Assembly (NCBI GenBank): GCA_947463095.1
Contig: CANHRE010000002.1
Location: forward strand, 42,056 to 106,055
Reading direction: 5' to 3'
Length of the DNA: 64,000 bases
Origin: Flavobacteriales bacterium
GTDB taxonomy: Bacteria; Bacteroidota; Bacteroidia; NS11-12g; UBA955
A model generated the notes under the pieces. The model did no database searches. It worked only from the letters and a program-made list of their open reading frames with translations, and was not told where the DNA came from. Below, in pieces: positions 38,313 through 48,980 of the stretch. Positions within the stretch are counted from its first letter, which is position 1; every line of letters begins with the position of its first letter. The position numbers and the translations under genes were made by a program.

Positions 38313-40103
38313 ATGGAGCACATCCGGAATTTTTGCATTATCGCCCATATTGACCATGGTAAAAGTACCCTGGCAGATCGCCTTTTGGAATATACTCATA
38401 CGGTAGACAAGCGTCAACTTCAGGCGCAGGTGCTGGATGATATGGATTTGGAGCGGGAACGGGGAATCACCATAAAAAGCCATGCCATCCAAATGGGCTA
38501 TAAGCTGGAGGGGCAGGATTATATCCTCAACCTGATTGACACACCCGGACACGTAGACTTCAGTTATGAAGTGAGCCGCAGCATAGCAGCCTGCGAAGGC
38601 GCTTTGCTGGTGGTTGATGCCAGTCAGGGAATTGAAGCCCAAACCATCAGCAACCTGTTCATGGCCATAGAACATGGTCTTACCATCATTCCGGTGCTGA
38701 ATAAAATTGATTTACCAAGTGCCATGCCGGAAGAGGTGAGCGACCAGATTGTGGAGCTCCTGGGTTGCAAGCGTGAGGAAATCCTGGCAGCCAGTGGTAA
38801 AACCGGCATGGGAGTGCATGAAATTCTTCGTGCTATAGTGGATCGGGTACCTGCACCAAAAGGAGATCCAAATGCGCCAACTAAAGCGCTGATTTTTGAT
38901 AGTGTGTTTAATCCATTCCGTGGCATCATCGCTTATTATCGAGTGCTGGATGGAAGCATCAGGAAGGGGCAACATGTGCGATTCATGAATACCAACCGCG
39001 ATTATCTTGCGGATGAAGTGGGCATTTTAAAGTTGGAAATGATGCCCCGGAAGGAAGTGAAAGCAGGCGATGTGGGTTACATCATCAGCGGTATTAAAGA
39101 GGCTAAAGAAGTAGAAGTAGGAGATACCATCACCGATCATCTTCACCCTACCGCAGAGGCTATTAAGGGGTTTGAGCACGTGAAACCCATGGTGTTCGCA
39201 GGTATTTACCCCGTAGATACCGAAGATTTTGAAGAGTTGCGCGAGGCCATGCTTAAGTTGCAGTTGAACGATGCCAGCCTGGTGTTTGAACCGGAAAGTT
39301 CCGCAGCATTGGGCTTCGGATTTCGCTGCGGTTTCCTTGGCATGCTGCACATGGAAATTATACAAGAGCGACTGGAACGCGAGTTTAACATGACCGTAAT
39401 CACCACCGTGCCAAACGTAAGCTACATAGCTTACACCAGTAAAGGTGAAGTGGTTATGGTAAATAACCCCAGTGATTTGCCGCCTGTTGAAAAAACCGAT
39501 TACGTAGAAGAACCCTTCATCCAGGCATCGGTGATTACCAAAGGCGAATTTGTGGGCAGCATCATGTCCTTGTGCATGGAAAAGCGGGGCGTCCTGAAAA
39601 ATCAGGTGTACCTTACCTCCGATCGTGTGGAACTTACCTTTGAAATGCCGCTGGCGGAGATTGTATTTGATTTTTACGATAAACTGAAGAGCATCAGCAA
39701 AGGATATGCATCCTTTGATTACTTCCCTATAGGATATCGAGAAAGTACGCTGGTGAAAATGGATATTATGCTCAATGCCAAGCCGGTGGATGCCCTGAGT
39801 GCCATTATACACCGTGATAATGCCTTTGACCTTGGTAAGAAGATTTGTAAGAAACTGAGGGAACTGATTCCCCGTCAACAGTTCGAAATTGCAATACAGG
39901 CAGCAGTAGGCGCCAAAATTATTGCCAGAGAAACCTTATCTGCCCTCAGGAAGGACGTAACGGCCAAGTGTTATGGTGGCGACATCAGCCGTAAGCGGAA
40001 ACTGCTGGAAAAACAGAAAGCAGGTAAAAAGCGGATGCGCCAGGTAGGCAACGTGGAAATTCCGCAGAGCGCCTTTATGGCGGTGCTCAAGTTGGATGAA
40101 TAA
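38313..40103 (+). CDS. lepA: elongation factor 4 (LepA)
   Basis: [20 protein letters not shown]...DTPGHVDF G-domain, 596 aa and the LepA-specific C-terminal domain. Confidence 0.95.
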   Translation: MEHIRNFCIIAHIDHGKSTLADRLLEYTHTVDKRQLQAQVLDDMDLERERGITIKSHAIQMGYKLEGQDYILNLIDTPGHVDFSYEVSRSIAACEGALLVVDASQGIEAQTISNLFMAIEHGLTIIPVLNKIDLPSAMPEEVSDQIVELLGCKREEILAASGKTGMGVHEILRAIVDRVPAPKGDPNAPTKALIFDSVFNPFRGIIAYYRVLDGSIRKGQHVRFMNTNRDYLADEVGILKLEMMPRKEVKAGDVGYIISGIKEAKEVEVGDTITDHLHPTAEAIKGFEHVKPMVFAGIYPVDTEDFEELREAMLKLQLNDASLVFEPESSAALGFGFRCGFLGMLHMEIIQERLEREFNMTVITTVPNVSYIAYTSKGEVVMVNNPSDLPPVEKTDYVEEPFIQASVITKGEFVGSIMSLCMEKRGVLKNQVYLTSDRVELTFEMPLAEIVFDFYDKLKSISKGYASFDYFPIGYRESTLVKMDIMLNAKPVDALSAIIHRDNAFDLGKKICKKLRELIPRQQFEIAIQAAVGAKIIARETLSALRKDVTAKCYGGDISRKRKLLEKQKAGKKRMRQVGNVEIPQSAFMAVLKLDE

Positions 40104-40105
40104 GT

Positions 40106-41083
40106 TTATAGCTCCTCTGTCGAGTCCGTTTCTCCGGCCATTGATGCGCGTTCAATGCTCGAATTGAGTTCGAAGCCCGCAATGATGCCCAGTACATTCA
40201 TGTAGAGCAATACCATTAGCGCCATAATGGCTCCGATGGATCCGTAGATCTTATTGTAGGAGCCGAAGTTGTTTACATATACAGAAAACAAGGCACTTGA
40301 AACCATGCAAAGCAGGGTAGCGGTGATGCTTCCTGCCGAAGCAAAGCGCCATTTTTTAACAGTGGCCGGCCCAAAGCGGTACAAACAGGAAATGACCAGA
40401 AATACGAGTGCGGTCAGGACCAGGTATTCAGTAGAGGAAATAAGAAAGCGCAGGGTACTGCGGTTTACAAACTTGTGTTTGTAAATCCATGTTTGCAGGT
40501 AACCGGCATAAACAATGATGATCACCGCAGCAATCAGCATCAGGGCTATTAATACCGTCAGTCCCATGGCAATGAACCGATTTTGGAACCAGTTTCGCTT
40601 TCTTTTCCTGGGCAGTCTGCGGTTAAAGGTGTTGATGAGGGTATGAAAGCCGTTGCTGGAAAACCAGATGGCCAGCAGGAAGCCAAAGGATAGCAGGCTG
40701 CCGTTTTGATTGGCTATAATGTCGTTGATGGTTGCTGATATTGCCTGGAAGCTGGAGTCGGGCAGAAAGAAGTCCAGTTCCCGTATAAGGCGGTAGCGCA
40801 GGCCGCGCACCGGTATATAGGCAATCAGGGTAAACAGGAACAGCAGGGCAGGGAACAGGGCAAGGAATAGGTTGAACGCGAGCGAGGTTGCCCTAAGGGT
40901 GAATTCTTCGCGAAACAGCGCCTTGAAAAAATGGCGACCTACATCGTAAATGCTGTGACCTTGAAAGCCGCTGATGGTGTAGTGTTTGAGCTTGCGAACA
41001 ATCCAGAAGTCATTCCATCCCTGATCTGCGGGAATGGGGCGGTTTTCACGGCGCGCTTTTTTAGTAACCTTTTTCAGCACCAT
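40106..41083 (-). CDS. YihY/BrkB-family membrane protein
   Basis: 325 aa with multi-TM and YihY-family conserved segments (FLLAIWFSSNGFHTLINTFN). Confidence 0.8.
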   Translation of the reverse strand: MVLKKVTKKARRENRPIPADQGWNDFWIVRKLKHYTISGFQGHSIYDVGRHFFKALFREEFTLRATSLAFNLFLALFPALLFLFTLIAYIPVRGLRYRLIRELDFFLPDSSFQAISATINDIIANQNGSLLSFGFLLAIWFSSNGFHTLINTFNRRLPRKRKRNWFQNRFIAMGLTVLIALMLIAAVIIIVYAGYLQTWIYKHKFVNRSTLRFLISSTEYLVLTALVFLVISCLYRFGPATVKKWRFASAGSITATLLCMVSSALFSVYVNNFGSYNKIYGSIGAIMALMVLLYMNVLGIIAGFELNSSIERASMAGETDSTEEL

Positions 41084-41478
41084 TCAGGAAAATGTTGGTA
41101 AATCCATTCCGGACAAGCGATAGGTTTTCCCTTATCGGCCTGCACAAAAATGAGTTCGGTATTGCCAGTACACACCAGTTGTTCCTGTTCGTTAACACAG
41201 TGGTAATCCACGCGCATTCGGGTAAGCGGCTTTGCTGCAATGCTTAGGTGTATGAAAATCAGGGAATCATAGGTGCTGCCTTTATGGTAGCGGATGTTGA
41301 GTTCGCGCACGGGCATGAGGATGCCATGTTCCTCTATTTCCCGATAGCTGATGCCCCGGCTGCGCAACATCTCGGTGCGGGCCTCATCCAGATACTGCGC
41401 ATATACCCCGTGATAAACCAAACCCATACGGTCTGTTTCGCCATATCGGGCGCGGATGATGTGGGTATAACGTACCAT
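41074..41478 (-). CDS. acyl-CoA thioesterase (4HBT / YbgC-like hotdog fold)
   Basis: RARYGETDRMGLVYHGVYAQYLDEAR is the hotdog thioesterase N-terminal signature. The internal start at 41478 gives the typical ~135 aa. Confidence 0.75.
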   Translation of the reverse strand: MVRYTHIIRARYGETDRMGLVYHGVYAQYLDEARTEMLRSRGISYREIEEHGILMPVRELNIRYHKGSTYDSLIFIHLSIAAKPLTRMRVDYHCVNEQEQLVCTGNTELIFVQADKGKPIACPEWIYQHFPEWC

Positions 41479-41482
41479 TGGT

Positions 41483-42262
41483 TCAATAGCGGAGGATGAA
41501 GTGTTCCTTTTCCTGTTCGGTTCTAAAAAAAACCAGCCCCATGGCAAAAATATCTATACTTACACGCACTTCCTTATGGTTTTTTATGATGTTCCATGCT
41601 CGGAACATGTCTTCATTCCAATGGATGTCATCAAAAATGAACAAGCTTCCTTCATGTGCCTTGTTCAGGGCCATTTGAAAATAGTGCAGCGTGGCTTCCA
41701 GGGTATGGTTTCCATCGGCAAAAAGATAATCCAGTCGTGGAATGTGTTGAAGCAGCGCAGGAAAGGCGGTATCGAAATTCCCCTGGATAATTTTGGCCCT
41801 TTCTTCAAGGCCAGCCTCTCGCAGATTTTCTTTGGCGATGGAAGCCAGGGTGGGATCACCTTCAATGCTGAACAAGGGGTGATGTTCCATGCCGATGCTC
41901 TGGTAGAGGGTAGAAATGCCCGTACAGGAACCCAGTTCAACGGCGTATTCAGGTCTAAAGGCTGCGATGATGCGGTGGAGCAGGCGTCCGTATTTAGCGC
42001 GCTTAGCCGTGCTGGCCGTAATTTCCCTCAGGCTTCTGACGTCTTTTTTTTTACCTGCACCCAGATCGTGCATACGAATTTGAGCGCTGGATTCCAGCAT
42101 CGCTGCCCGAATGAGTTCTATGCGGTGGTAACTGGGATGCAGGGTTCTCTGATCGAGAATTTCCGTAACCAAGCGATATACAAAGGGTGAGTGCACCCCG
42201 TGTTTCCCGCGTGCATGAAGCAGGTATGCTAAAAAATCCGCTACCCGGAATAAATCAGGCAT
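41483..42262 (-). CDS. class I SAM-dependent O-methyltransferase (family 3-like)
   Basis: VELGSCTGISTLY SAM-binding motif I plus downstream motifs. 259 aa. Confidence 0.75.
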   Translation of the reverse strand: MPDLFRVADFLAYLLHARGKHGVHSPFVYRLVTEILDQRTLHPSYHRIELIRAAMLESSAQIRMHDLGAGKKKDVRSLREITASTAKRAKYGRLLHRIIAAFRPEYAVELGSCTGISTLYQSIGMEHHPLFSIEGDPTLASIAKENLREAGLEERAKIIQGNFDTAFPALLQHIPRLDYLFADGNHTLEATLHYFQMALNKAHEGSLFIFDDIHWNEDMFRAWNIIKNHKEVRVSIDIFAMGLVFFRTEQEKEHFILRY

Positions 42263-44099
42263 GCCCCGGCTTCATAGTCCGGATGGTTTTTAACTCTTGT
42301 TCCAGCCTCTTGATCTGCTGCTCCAGCTGTACCTTCTTTTCTTCAAACTGCTTGAGGAAGGTATCGGCACCTTTCGAACGGGAAAAGAAAGCCATATTGT
42401 TTTCCATGGTGGACAGTTCTCCGCGCAGGGCTGTGATCCTGTCGCGGATGCGGCGCTCTTCAAACTTCAGCCTGTTGGCTCCATCGGGGCTGCCGGCCAT
42501 GGATTCAAAATGTTCCTTCATGAGGGACTGTTTTACCTCATCGCGATTTTTACGGAAACGTCCGTAAAGCTCGTCGGAAATCTTCTGGAAGCGTTTTTGT
42601 AAATCCTCTTTTTGGGCTGCGGGTACAAAACCAGTTTGCATCCATTGACCTTGCAAGGTTTTCAGGCGTGCAAACAACTCATCGCTTGTTTCTTCGGCGG
42701 CCAGTGCTTCCAGCGCTTCAACGATGCCGGTCTTTACTTTCAGATTCACTTTTTCTTCCGATTTGCGGGCCTTGAAAGCCTGATTTTTACGGTCGAAAAA
42801 CGCGTCAAAGGCACTGCGGAAGCGTTTCCATACTTCGTCGCTTTTTTGTTCGGGTGTAGGACCTATTTTTTTCCAGGATTCCTGCAGTTTCAACAGTTCC
42901 TCTGTGGTTTTACCCCAGTCGTTGCGGTCGCTAAGCTTTTCGGCCTGCTCGCAAAGGGCCAGTTTTTTCTGCAGATTTTCTTCGCGGTCCGCACCCAACT
43001 TCTTGAAGAAGTTGCGGCGTGCATTGAAGAACTCCTGACGTGTTTCACGAAAGCGATTCCATGCCTCTTCTCCTTCCTGCCTGGGGCCTTGTCCTGTTTT
43101 CTTCCACTCTTCCATCAATGAGTCAACCTCTTCGGCACGCTGTGCCCACTGCTTGCCCGTTTCAGGCCAAACCGCGTTCAGCGCTTCCAGCTTCTCACAC
43201 AACAGAACCTTTAGTTTCAGGTTGTTTTGACGGTCAGCATTGATGGTTTCCATCTGCTCCTTCTTGGAAGCGAGCACCTTGTCGGCAGTCTCTTTAAACC
43301 GACGATAGATTTCATCGCTCACATCCCGCGGCACCGGGCCAACATTGCTCCAGTCTTCACGATATTTGTTGAACAGAATCATGGCATTTTTGATGCTCTT
43401 TTCCTGCAGCAACTCATCCATTTTAATGCATAAGTCAATTTTGGCCGAAAGGTTCACCTCGCGGTCGCGTTGCTTCAGTTCATTTTCAATGCTCAGGTTG
43501 TCGTAGAACTTATCGAGGTAGAAGCGATAGCGTTCATAAAGGTCGTCACGAAATTGCAGTGGTATGGATTTGATAAGCCTCCATTCCTTCTGCAGTTCCT
43601 TGATTTTATCCAGGCTTCCTTTTGTTTCTTCTGCATCAACCAGATCTTTCATTTGTTCAAGGATGGACAACTTCTTCTTGTAATTGGCCATTTTCTCCTC
43701 TTCCGCCCTACGCTTTTCATCGGCTTTCCGCTCACGGAATTGCAATTCGAGCGCATTGAACCGCTGTCGCAAAGAATCGGCCGGAGCCTTGAAATCACGA
43801 GGTTCATTGCCCTCCTCAACCCATTGGCGCAACAAATCCTGACGTTCCTGCTGCAACAGCGTGTCAAAGGCCAGGTGCAATTTCCGGAACACTTCTGTGG
43901 CAAACCGGGTATCGGGTAAATGAAGCGATGCCTCTGCTTTTTCCAGAATGGCTTCTTTTGAAAATTCGGAATAGTCGCTGTGGTCCTGAAACTGTTCTTC
44001 GGCAATGGCCTCTTCCGCCAGTTTCTCGGCTTCTTCCAGATGCTTCACGCCGGCTTTTACCTCGGGATGTTCCTCTTCACGGTTGATGATATCTTCCAT
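42255..44099 (-). CDS. DUF349 domain-containing protein
   Basis: Repeated ~75-aa helical units with W..F..R/E...W...G (e.g. EEAWNRFRETRQEFF, DEVWKRFRSAFDAFF), highly charged. 614 aa. Confidence 0.7.
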   Translation of the reverse strand: MEDIINREEEHPEVKAGVKHLEEAEKLAEEAIAEEQFQDHSDYSEFSKEAILEKAEASLHLPDTRFATEVFRKLHLAFDTLLQQERQDLLRQWVEEGNEPRDFKAPADSLRQRFNALELQFRERKADEKRRAEEEKMANYKKKLSILEQMKDLVDAEETKGSLDKIKELQKEWRLIKSIPLQFRDDLYERYRFYLDKFYDNLSIENELKQRDREVNLSAKIDLCIKMDELLQEKSIKNAMILFNKYREDWSNVGPVPRDVSDEIYRRFKETADKVLASKKEQMETINADRQNNLKLKVLLCEKLEALNAVWPETGKQWAQRAEEVDSLMEEWKKTGQGPRQEGEEAWNRFRETRQEFFNARRNFFKKLGADREENLQKKLALCEQAEKLSDRNDWGKTTEELLKLQESWKKIGPTPEQKSDEVWKRFRSAFDAFFDRKNQAFKARKSEEKVNLKVKTGIVEALEALAAEETSDELFARLKTLQGQWMQTGFVPAAQKEDLQKRFQKISDELYGRFRKNRDEVKQSLMKEHFESMAGSPDGANRLKFEERRIRDRITALRGELSTMENNMAFFSRSKGADTFLKQFEEKKVQLEQQIKRLEQELKTIRTMKPGHA

Positions 44100-44241
44100 G
44101 CCTTATGGTGCTGATGCTATAGGTTGGCAAAGTTAAGTAAAACCGCAATTGCGATGCTTGTTTCCATGGCTTGGATTCAAGGGTTTTTTCATTGTTTTTT
44201 TTCATTGAAACAACATTTGATTTCCTTAGTTCCTTTGTGGC

Positions 44242-45012
44242 ATGAAAGTACTGAGCTACAACGTGAATGGGATTCGTTCCGCACTGAGCAAAGGTCTGGT
44301 TGATTATCTGGCATTTGCCGATGCAGATGTGGTTTGTTTACAGGAAACCAAGGCTGAATCGGCGCAGGTTGATTTGAGCAGCATTGAAGCACTTGGCTAT
44401 AAAAGCTACTGGTTCAGTGCTGCCAAAAAAGGCTACAGCGGTGTAGCCATTCTTTCTCGACTGGAACCGCAATTTGTAGATTATGGCTGTGGTGACCCTG
44501 AATGGGATCGTGAAGGACGCGTTATCCGTGCCGATTTTCCGCAGTTTAGTGTGATGAGTGTTTATTTTCCAAGCGGTTCTTCAGGCGACCACAGGCAGGA
44601 AGCCAAATTCCGCTTTCTGGATTTTTTCCATCCCTATGTGCAGCAAATTCGCCAACAGTACCCCCATTTGCTGGTTTGCGGCGATTACAACATTTGTCAC
44701 AAACCCATTGACATCCATGATCCCAAAAGCAATAAAGACAGCAGCGGCTTCCTTCCGGAAGAGCGCGCCTGGATGGATCAGTTTTTCCAGGATGGATTTA
44801 CTGATACCTACCGCCATTTCTACCCGGAAACGGCTCATCAGTATTCCTGGTGGAGCTTTCGCGCCAATGCCCGCAACAACAACAAGGGGTGGCGTATTGA
44901 CTACATCGCTGCTTCCAAGGCATTGGTTGCGCACCTGAAGGAAGCGGGCATCACCCAGGAAGCCAGACACTCGGACCATTGCCCGGTGTGGGTGGAACTA
45001 AGCCGATCCTGA
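44242..45012 (+). CDS. xth: exodeoxyribonuclease III
   Basis: MKVLSYNVNGIR...VVCLQETK N-terminus and C-terminal SDHCPV motif. Confidence 0.9.
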   Translation: MKVLSYNVNGIRSALSKGLVDYLAFADADVVCLQETKAESAQVDLSSIEALGYKSYWFSAAKKGYSGVAILSRLEPQFVDYGCGDPEWDREGRVIRADFPQFSVMSVYFPSGSSGDHRQEAKFRFLDFFHPYVQQIRQQYPHLLVCGDYNICHKPIDIHDPKSNKDSSGFLPEERAWMDQFFQDGFTDTYRHFYPETAHQYSWWSFRANARNNNKGWRIDYIAASKALVAHLKEAGITQEARHSDHCPVWVELSRS

Positions 45013-45019
45013 CAGCGGT

Positions 45020-47818
45020 TTACTGTTCAGGGAACTTTACGCCCAAGGCCTGCAGAATTTGGAAGCGGGCGCCATTATCTGACATCGCCTGCTGATATAG
45101 TTGGGCCTGTTCTTTTTCTCCGCGCGCCTGGTAAAGCTGCGCACCAAGTCCGTAAAACTCGGGTGCCATCTGGTTCTGAACTATGCCCTTGTTCAATTTT
45201 TCGATGGACATATCCAGCAGGTTCTTCCGCGCCAGAATCAAGGCCTGGTAATAATAGGCAACACCATCTTTCGGCCTGATTTGCTCATAGGTGTTGAAGT
45301 ACTGCAATGCTTCGTCCAGCTTGTTCATTTGCAACTGAATTAACCCGGCAATATTCAATGCAGGTGTGTAATCAGGTGTGATGACAATGGATCTTGTGGC
45401 ATAACGTGTTGCGGAATCCATCATTGCCTGGTTCAAGGCCGTATCCGATTGACCCATCTGGAAATAGCTGTCGGCAATGGCAGTAAGCACTTCGCAGCTG
45501 TTGGGATCTGTTTTTAACGAAGTTTTCAGTTGTTCCAGCGCGACAGGGTAGCTGCGCACTTTGTAGGCCTTCATGCCTTCCAGGTCGGCTTTCCCAAGGC
45601 GCTGTATCACAATCCCCATCGGTTTGCCGTCCACCTCAGGCGAATAAACAGTTCCGGCAGGAGGATAGAAGCCATTCAACAAACGCTCTTTGTCCATGTG
45701 CGCATTGTAAAAGATGGAATAATCCCAGTCCACCTTGCTGCGGTCATCATAGCGGGTATAGCCTACGTGCACATTGGGGTAGTTGCGGAAATAATAACGC
45801 ACATGATCCATTCCATAGGTGAGGATGGTATATTTCTTCTCTGGATTTTTGCTGATTACCTCTTTGATGAGCCATTCGCTGGAAGGCTTCAGGCTGGCCA
45901 GGTAATAATCCATCTCGTATTTACCATAGGCACCCTTTACACCGCCGCTCAATTCGTTGAAATAGATGTATTCCAGGGGGTGATTTCTTGCCACAAAAGA
46001 AGCAGGCAGCAGCAGGAGCAAGCCGGCTGTGGCAGGCACTGCCGTTCCGGCAAATCGGAACGATTTTATGCGCTGTTCCAGGAGGTAGAAACCGTAAACA
46101 CCCAGCACCACCAGAGGTGGGATGGTGAAGAGGATCTGACGCAGTCCGCCGTAAACATTTGATTTCTGGATGTAGATATATAGAATGGGGAAAACGGCGG
46201 CGAAAAGCACAAGGAACACATCAGTGCTGAATTTTTTGGACTGCATCAGCTGCAGCACAAAAAACAGCAACAGGCCAAAAAGGGTAAACAGCGGGGTGGT
46301 GATGAACAGGTATCGGGCAAGGTAGGCAGATGGCAGGAGGTCGCTGTCGTATAATTTTCCTTCATACAACTGGCGAAGGCTGGTGGAATAGTTGCTGAAC
46401 TCGCTCAAAACCTTGAATGGATGCTCCAGCGGACTTTCCAGGGCATAAGGCCACGGCAGTACACCGGCGGCATAACCAAGCACAAGCACCGCCAGAACGG
46501 GCTTTACATGTGCCCACAAGTTGGTCCAGCGAAATTTCAGGAAGTTGTTCAGCCCGATGAGGTTGATGTACTGCAAGCCTGCATACATAACCGTGATGGG
46601 CAGCAGCAAAAGACCGCCAACGCGCACGCTGATGGCAAGTCCGATACCAAGCACCAGGCCAATGGCGTGGCTGATGCGCATCTTCTTATCGCTGAAACAG
46701 CGCATCATGTAATACATAGCCATGATGTAGCCTGCGGCGAAGGGAATGTCCTTAGGATTGTTCAATGATTCGCCCAGCAACCTGGGGGTAAAGAACAGGG
46801 CCAGCATTCCGATGAAGCCATATTTCCAACTGCCGGTAAGCCTCCTGATTATCAATGCGGCAAACAATACAGCCAGAAAACCGAACAAGCTGTTGAAGAA
46901 ATGTCGGGTTTCAAAGATCTGATCTGTACCCAGCCAGCGGATGATCATGGTGGTGAAGGTGTCGAAACTCGACCCGTACAGGTGCATGAATTTATCTTCA
47001 TCTACCAGGGTTGCAAGGCGTTCCGGGGCTTCAGTAGCGGCAGCTCTTGCCAGTCCGATCATTTTTTGTCCCTTGAGGGCATTGGTATCTACATCGATGC
47101 TTCCTCCCAACATATGTTGGTAGTAGTTGGCCGTAAGCTTGGAGTATTCATATTGGGTGAATTCATCACCGGAGATCGCTGCATTGCGGCTCAGCATCGG
47201 CATCAATACCAGCAGGAGCAGAGCAACCGCGGCAAAGGCCAACTGCCATACCGAACCCTCGCGAAGCATCCGAGCGGGACTGTACCACCACAGAGCCGTG
47301 CCCAACTTTGCCTTCAACGATTGGAGCATAGGTGTGCGCAGGGCTGCGGCACCTTCAACGGGTTTGTTTTCGGTGGACAATCCTGCCTTTTCAAGCGCAT
47401 ATAACAGCCGGTACTGGTGTGCTATTTGGGAAATGGCAGCGTCCTTCCACGAGGTTCCACGGAGCAGGAGCCATGGTGTATTCCATTCGGCATCGGAAAA
47501 GCCTGACAACCATTCTGTCGTGGAAAATCGTTCGTTCTCACCACCGCTGATGATGTCGGCATCAAGGGAGCCTGTTGTTTGCAGCCAGGTGTTCAGCTTG
47601 CCGGTTTCCAATTGGTTCACCAGCAGATATTGGTCGGCCTCTGCAGCCTGTAAAGCCATTAAGGCATCCTGAAAGGAACCTCCGCCCCAGTAAACCACTT
47701 CACAGTTTTTTAGGTTTGACGCCACATGTTGTTGCTTGTCGGATGGAACCTGAATGGTAAAGGCAATGGCCGTTTTACGAACCTTAGAAGCAGTGGACAG
47801 AGGTGTTTTCTGTTTCAT
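45020..47818 (-). CDS. GT-C-fold membrane glycosyltransferase (PMT/ArnT/TMTC-like) with N-terminal soluble domain and C-terminal TPR repeats
   Basis: 932 aa. About 190 aa are soluble, then ~11 predicted TM helices. A D-E(F) motif (ISGDEFTQYEY) sits in the first extracytoplasmic loop, as in PMT/ArnT enzymes. The C-terminal ~280 aa hold TPR-like repeats. Confidence 0.6.
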   Translation of the reverse strand: MKQKTPLSTASKVRKTAIAFTIQVPSDKQQHVASNLKNCEVVYWGGGSFQDALMALQAAEADQYLLVNQLETGKLNTWLQTTGSLDADIISGGENERFSTTEWLSGFSDAEWNTPWLLLRGTSWKDAAISQIAHQYRLLYALEKAGLSTENKPVEGAAALRTPMLQSLKAKLGTALWWYSPARMLREGSVWQLAFAAVALLLLVLMPMLSRNAAISGDEFTQYEYSKLTANYYQHMLGGSIDVDTNALKGQKMIGLARAAATEAPERLATLVDEDKFMHLYGSSFDTFTTMIIRWLGTDQIFETRHFFNSLFGFLAVLFAALIIRRLTGSWKYGFIGMLALFFTPRLLGESLNNPKDIPFAAGYIMAMYYMMRCFSDKKMRISHAIGLVLGIGLAISVRVGGLLLLPITVMYAGLQYINLIGLNNFLKFRWTNLWAHVKPVLAVLVLGYAAGVLPWPYALESPLEHPFKVLSEFSNYSTSLRQLYEGKLYDSDLLPSAYLARYLFITTPLFTLFGLLLFFVLQLMQSKKFSTDVFLVLFAAVFPILYIYIQKSNVYGGLRQILFTIPPLVVLGVYGFYLLEQRIKSFRFAGTAVPATAGLLLLLPASFVARNHPLEYIYFNELSGGVKGAYGKYEMDYYLASLKPSSEWLIKEVISKNPEKKYTILTYGMDHVRYYFRNYPNVHVGYTRYDDRSKVDWDYSIFYNAHMDKERLLNGFYPPAGTVYSPEVDGKPMGIVIQRLGKADLEGMKAYKVRSYPVALEQLKTSLKTDPNSCEVLTAIADSYFQMGQSDTALNQAMMDSATRYATRSIVITPDYTPALNIAGLIQLQMNKLDEALQYFNTYEQIRPKDGVAYYYQALILARKNLLDMSIEKLNKGIVQNQMAPEFYGLGAQLYQARGEKEQAQLYQQAMSDNGARFQILQALGVKFPEQ

Positions 47819-47916
47819 ACGCGCCTACAATTATAAAGGTTCGGCTTTAAGCAAGCATTGCTTGGCTAAACTTCCACACACGTTTTCTGTCTCCGCGGTG
47901 TTTATTTGCAAGTACA

Positions 47917-48933
47917 ATGACGGTAAGGCTTGGAATCATCGGGCTGGGTTACTGGGGGCCAAACCTGGTACGGAATTTTGCTCAGGCGGGCGGCGGAAGC
48001 CTTGTGGCTGTTGCTGATCTTGACGAAGGGCGAAGAAACAGGATTGCGGCTCAGTATCCTGCGCTGCAGTGCTATGCTGATGCCGGAGCAGTTATTGATC
48101 ATCCGGAGTTAGATGCCGTTGTGATTGCCACACCCATACACACGCATTACGATTTGGCAAAACGCGCCTTGCTTTCAGGTAAACATGTTTTGGTTGAAAA
48201 ACCTCTGGCTACCTCAGCCTCAGAAGTGCGGGAGCTGATGGATCTGGCCAAAGCCAAAGGCTTGTTGCTCATGGTAGACCACACGTTCCTTTATACAGGT
48301 GCGGTTCAGAAAATCAGGGAGCTGGTGGAACTCGGGGAATTAGGTACACTGAATTATTTCGACAGCACCCGCATCAACCTGGGGTTGTTCAATCCCAACT
48401 GGAGTGTTATCTGGGATCTGGCCGTGCATGACCTCAGCATCTTCTTCTATATCACAGGCGGTAAGAAGCCGAAATCAGTATCAGCGGTAGGCCAGAGCCA
48501 TACGGCTATGGGTATTGAAGACCTGGCATACACAACCCTGTTTTTTGAGGACGGCATGATGGCCCACATTGCTTCCTCCTGGATATCCCCAGTGAAGATA
48601 AGGAAAACGCTGATTGGCGGCACCAGGAAAATGGTGATTTATGATGATGTAGAGCCCACCGAGAAAATTAAGATTTACGACAGCGGCTTTACGGTACGCA
48701 GCCCGGAAGAGATGCACCGCTGGCTTGTAGACTATCGCTTTGGTGATATTTTCATCCCAAAGCTGGAACAAAAAGAAGCGCTGAGCGGCGTTGCGCACGA
48801 TTTCATCCAATGCATCCAAACGGGTGGAACACCACTTTCCAATGCCCATTTGGGTCTTCAGGTGGTTTCTGTGCTTGAAGCTGCCCAGGAAAGCATCAGG
48901 CAAAAAGGAGCTCCGGTAGCCCTTCAGTTTTAA
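47917..48933 (+). CDS. Gfo/Idh/MocA-family NAD-dependent sugar-nucleotide oxidoreductase (WbpB/GnnA-like)
   Basis: RLGIIGLGYWGPNLVRNF Rossmann N-terminus and EKPLA motif. 338 aa. Confidence 0.85.
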   Translation: MTVRLGIIGLGYWGPNLVRNFAQAGGGSLVAVADLDEGRRNRIAAQYPALQCYADAGAVIDHPELDAVVIATPIHTHYDLAKRALLSGKHVLVEKPLATSASEVRELMDLAKAKGLLLMVDHTFLYTGAVQKIRELVELGELGTLNYFDSTRINLGLFNPNWSVIWDLAVHDLSIFFYITGGKKPKSVSAVGQSHTAMGIEDLAYTTLFFEDGMMAHIASSWISPVKIRKTLIGGTRKMVIYDDVEPTEKIKIYDSGFTVRSPEEMHRWLVDYRFGDIFIPKLEQKEALSGVAHDFIQCIQTGGTPLSNAHLGLQVVSVLEAAQESIRQKGAPVALQF

Positions 48934-48980
48934 AAAGGTTCCCTCTTTTTTAAGCGCTTTTTCGGACAATTTGCTTTTTT

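Noticed and set aside
39027-39878. 283-aa minus-strand ORF inside lepA
   Set aside because: Antisense to a highly conserved EF4 coding region. His/Phe/Gly-rich composition typical of a shadow ORF.
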